Source: Kudoa neothunni (taxonomy: Eukaryota > Animalia > Cnidaria). From it: a DNA stretch of 26,049 nt. The notes beneath the pieces were generated by a model, which was given only the letters and a program-made list of their open reading frames with translations, did not search any database and was not told where the DNA came from. A program made the position numbers and the translations under genes. Of the stretch, positions 25,146-26,049 are shown piece after piece (the stretch's first letter is position 1; each line of letters begins with the position of its first letter). The DNA is taken from positions 9,938,952 to 9,965,000 of the forward strand of contig OZ199839.1 in assembly GCA_964304625.1 (NCBI GenBank), read 5' to 3'.

Positions 25146-26049
25146 ATGATCCTATACAAAGGTTATTTCTACGTGAAGAATTACCAAAAAAATCCATACA
25201 AATACTGGAGATGTCATAAAAGGAAGTGTAGAGGGAGATTGCGAACTTCTCCCTATGTTGACATTGATTCCCTTACAGAAATTGGAATACATAATCATAT
25301 AATTGGTGATGAGGATATGAAAAAGAAAATGTTCGAACAAAAAATAAGAAACATAGCAGATAATACGGTGTATCCAACCAGCAAAGTTTATTCCGTTGCT
25401 TCAATTGAAGAGAATATAAATAATATTCCTATATGCTCCAAAAAGTCGATTTATAAAAACATACAAAATATTCGTAAGCGACAAAATATTAAAACTATCC
25501 AAACTTCCGACTGCTACAATGAATTAAAAACAAACAGAAATGAGTCCTTCTGTTTGTATGACTCAGGATCAGAAGACAAGCACCGAATTATTATTTTCAC
25601 AACAGAAAAAAATTTAATCCATTTGAGGAATTCAGATTATTGGATGGCTGATGGCACATTTAATGTTGTTCCAAAAGAATATTATCAATTGTACACCATC
25701 CATGGGCTGTCTCTAACAAATTTTTTCCATTGGTGTATATTTTAATGAATGATAAATTACAGAAGAGTTACGAAAAGTTACTTAAAATTTTAGCAGAAAA
25801 AGGAAAAGTGGCGCCATCGAAGAACATAATTATTGATTTTGAATTGTCCGCGTATAATGCTTTCAGAAAATTTTCGTCGAATTCAGTCCATTTTTGTTTG
25901 TTCCACTTTGGACAATGTATATATCGTAAGGTTCAAAAATTAGGTTGTTCAAAGGAGTATGAAACCGACGAAGATTTTAAATTATTTGTTAAATGTCTGA
26001 CATCTCTTGCATTTGTCTCTCCTGATTCCATTCTTTATGAATTTGAGAA
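25146..26049 (+). mobile_element. FLYWCH-type MULE transposase, one frameshift near 25710, runs off the window
   Basis: FLYWCH finger YKGYFY..YWRCHKRKCRGRL..HNH; WMADGTF..YQLYTIHG; the shifted frame continues FFPLVYILM..IIIDFELSAYNAF..FCLFHFGQCIYRKVQKLG..LAFV. Confidence 0.9.

Overview
AT-rich eukaryotic, very probably metazoan, DNA with very short GT-AG introns (mostly 39-68 nt). The ORF track misses or fragments most real genes. Manual splicing gives: (i) a cluster of three related Kunitz/BPTI-type genes, namely the last exon of a gene running off the left edge (1-261, +) and two complete inverted paralogs (7238-8604, -, 374 aa; 19372-23287, +, 375 aa), each a signal peptide plus five Kunitz-like domains, one domain per phase-1 exon, with an unusual disulfide pattern of 1/3/2/2/2; and (ii) an intact five-exon UBE2D/Ubc4-type E2 gene (14200-14953, -, 150 aa). 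Most of the remaining DNA is decayed DNA transposons: piggyBac, hAT (autonomous relic and a MITE), Helitron (x2), Merlin/ISXO2-like (x3) and MULE (x2). One MULE sits inside the last micro-intron of the + strand Kunitz gene, and the empty site is visible in the paralog. A compact-genome parasite such as a myxozoan or orthonectid is plausible, but that is inference only.
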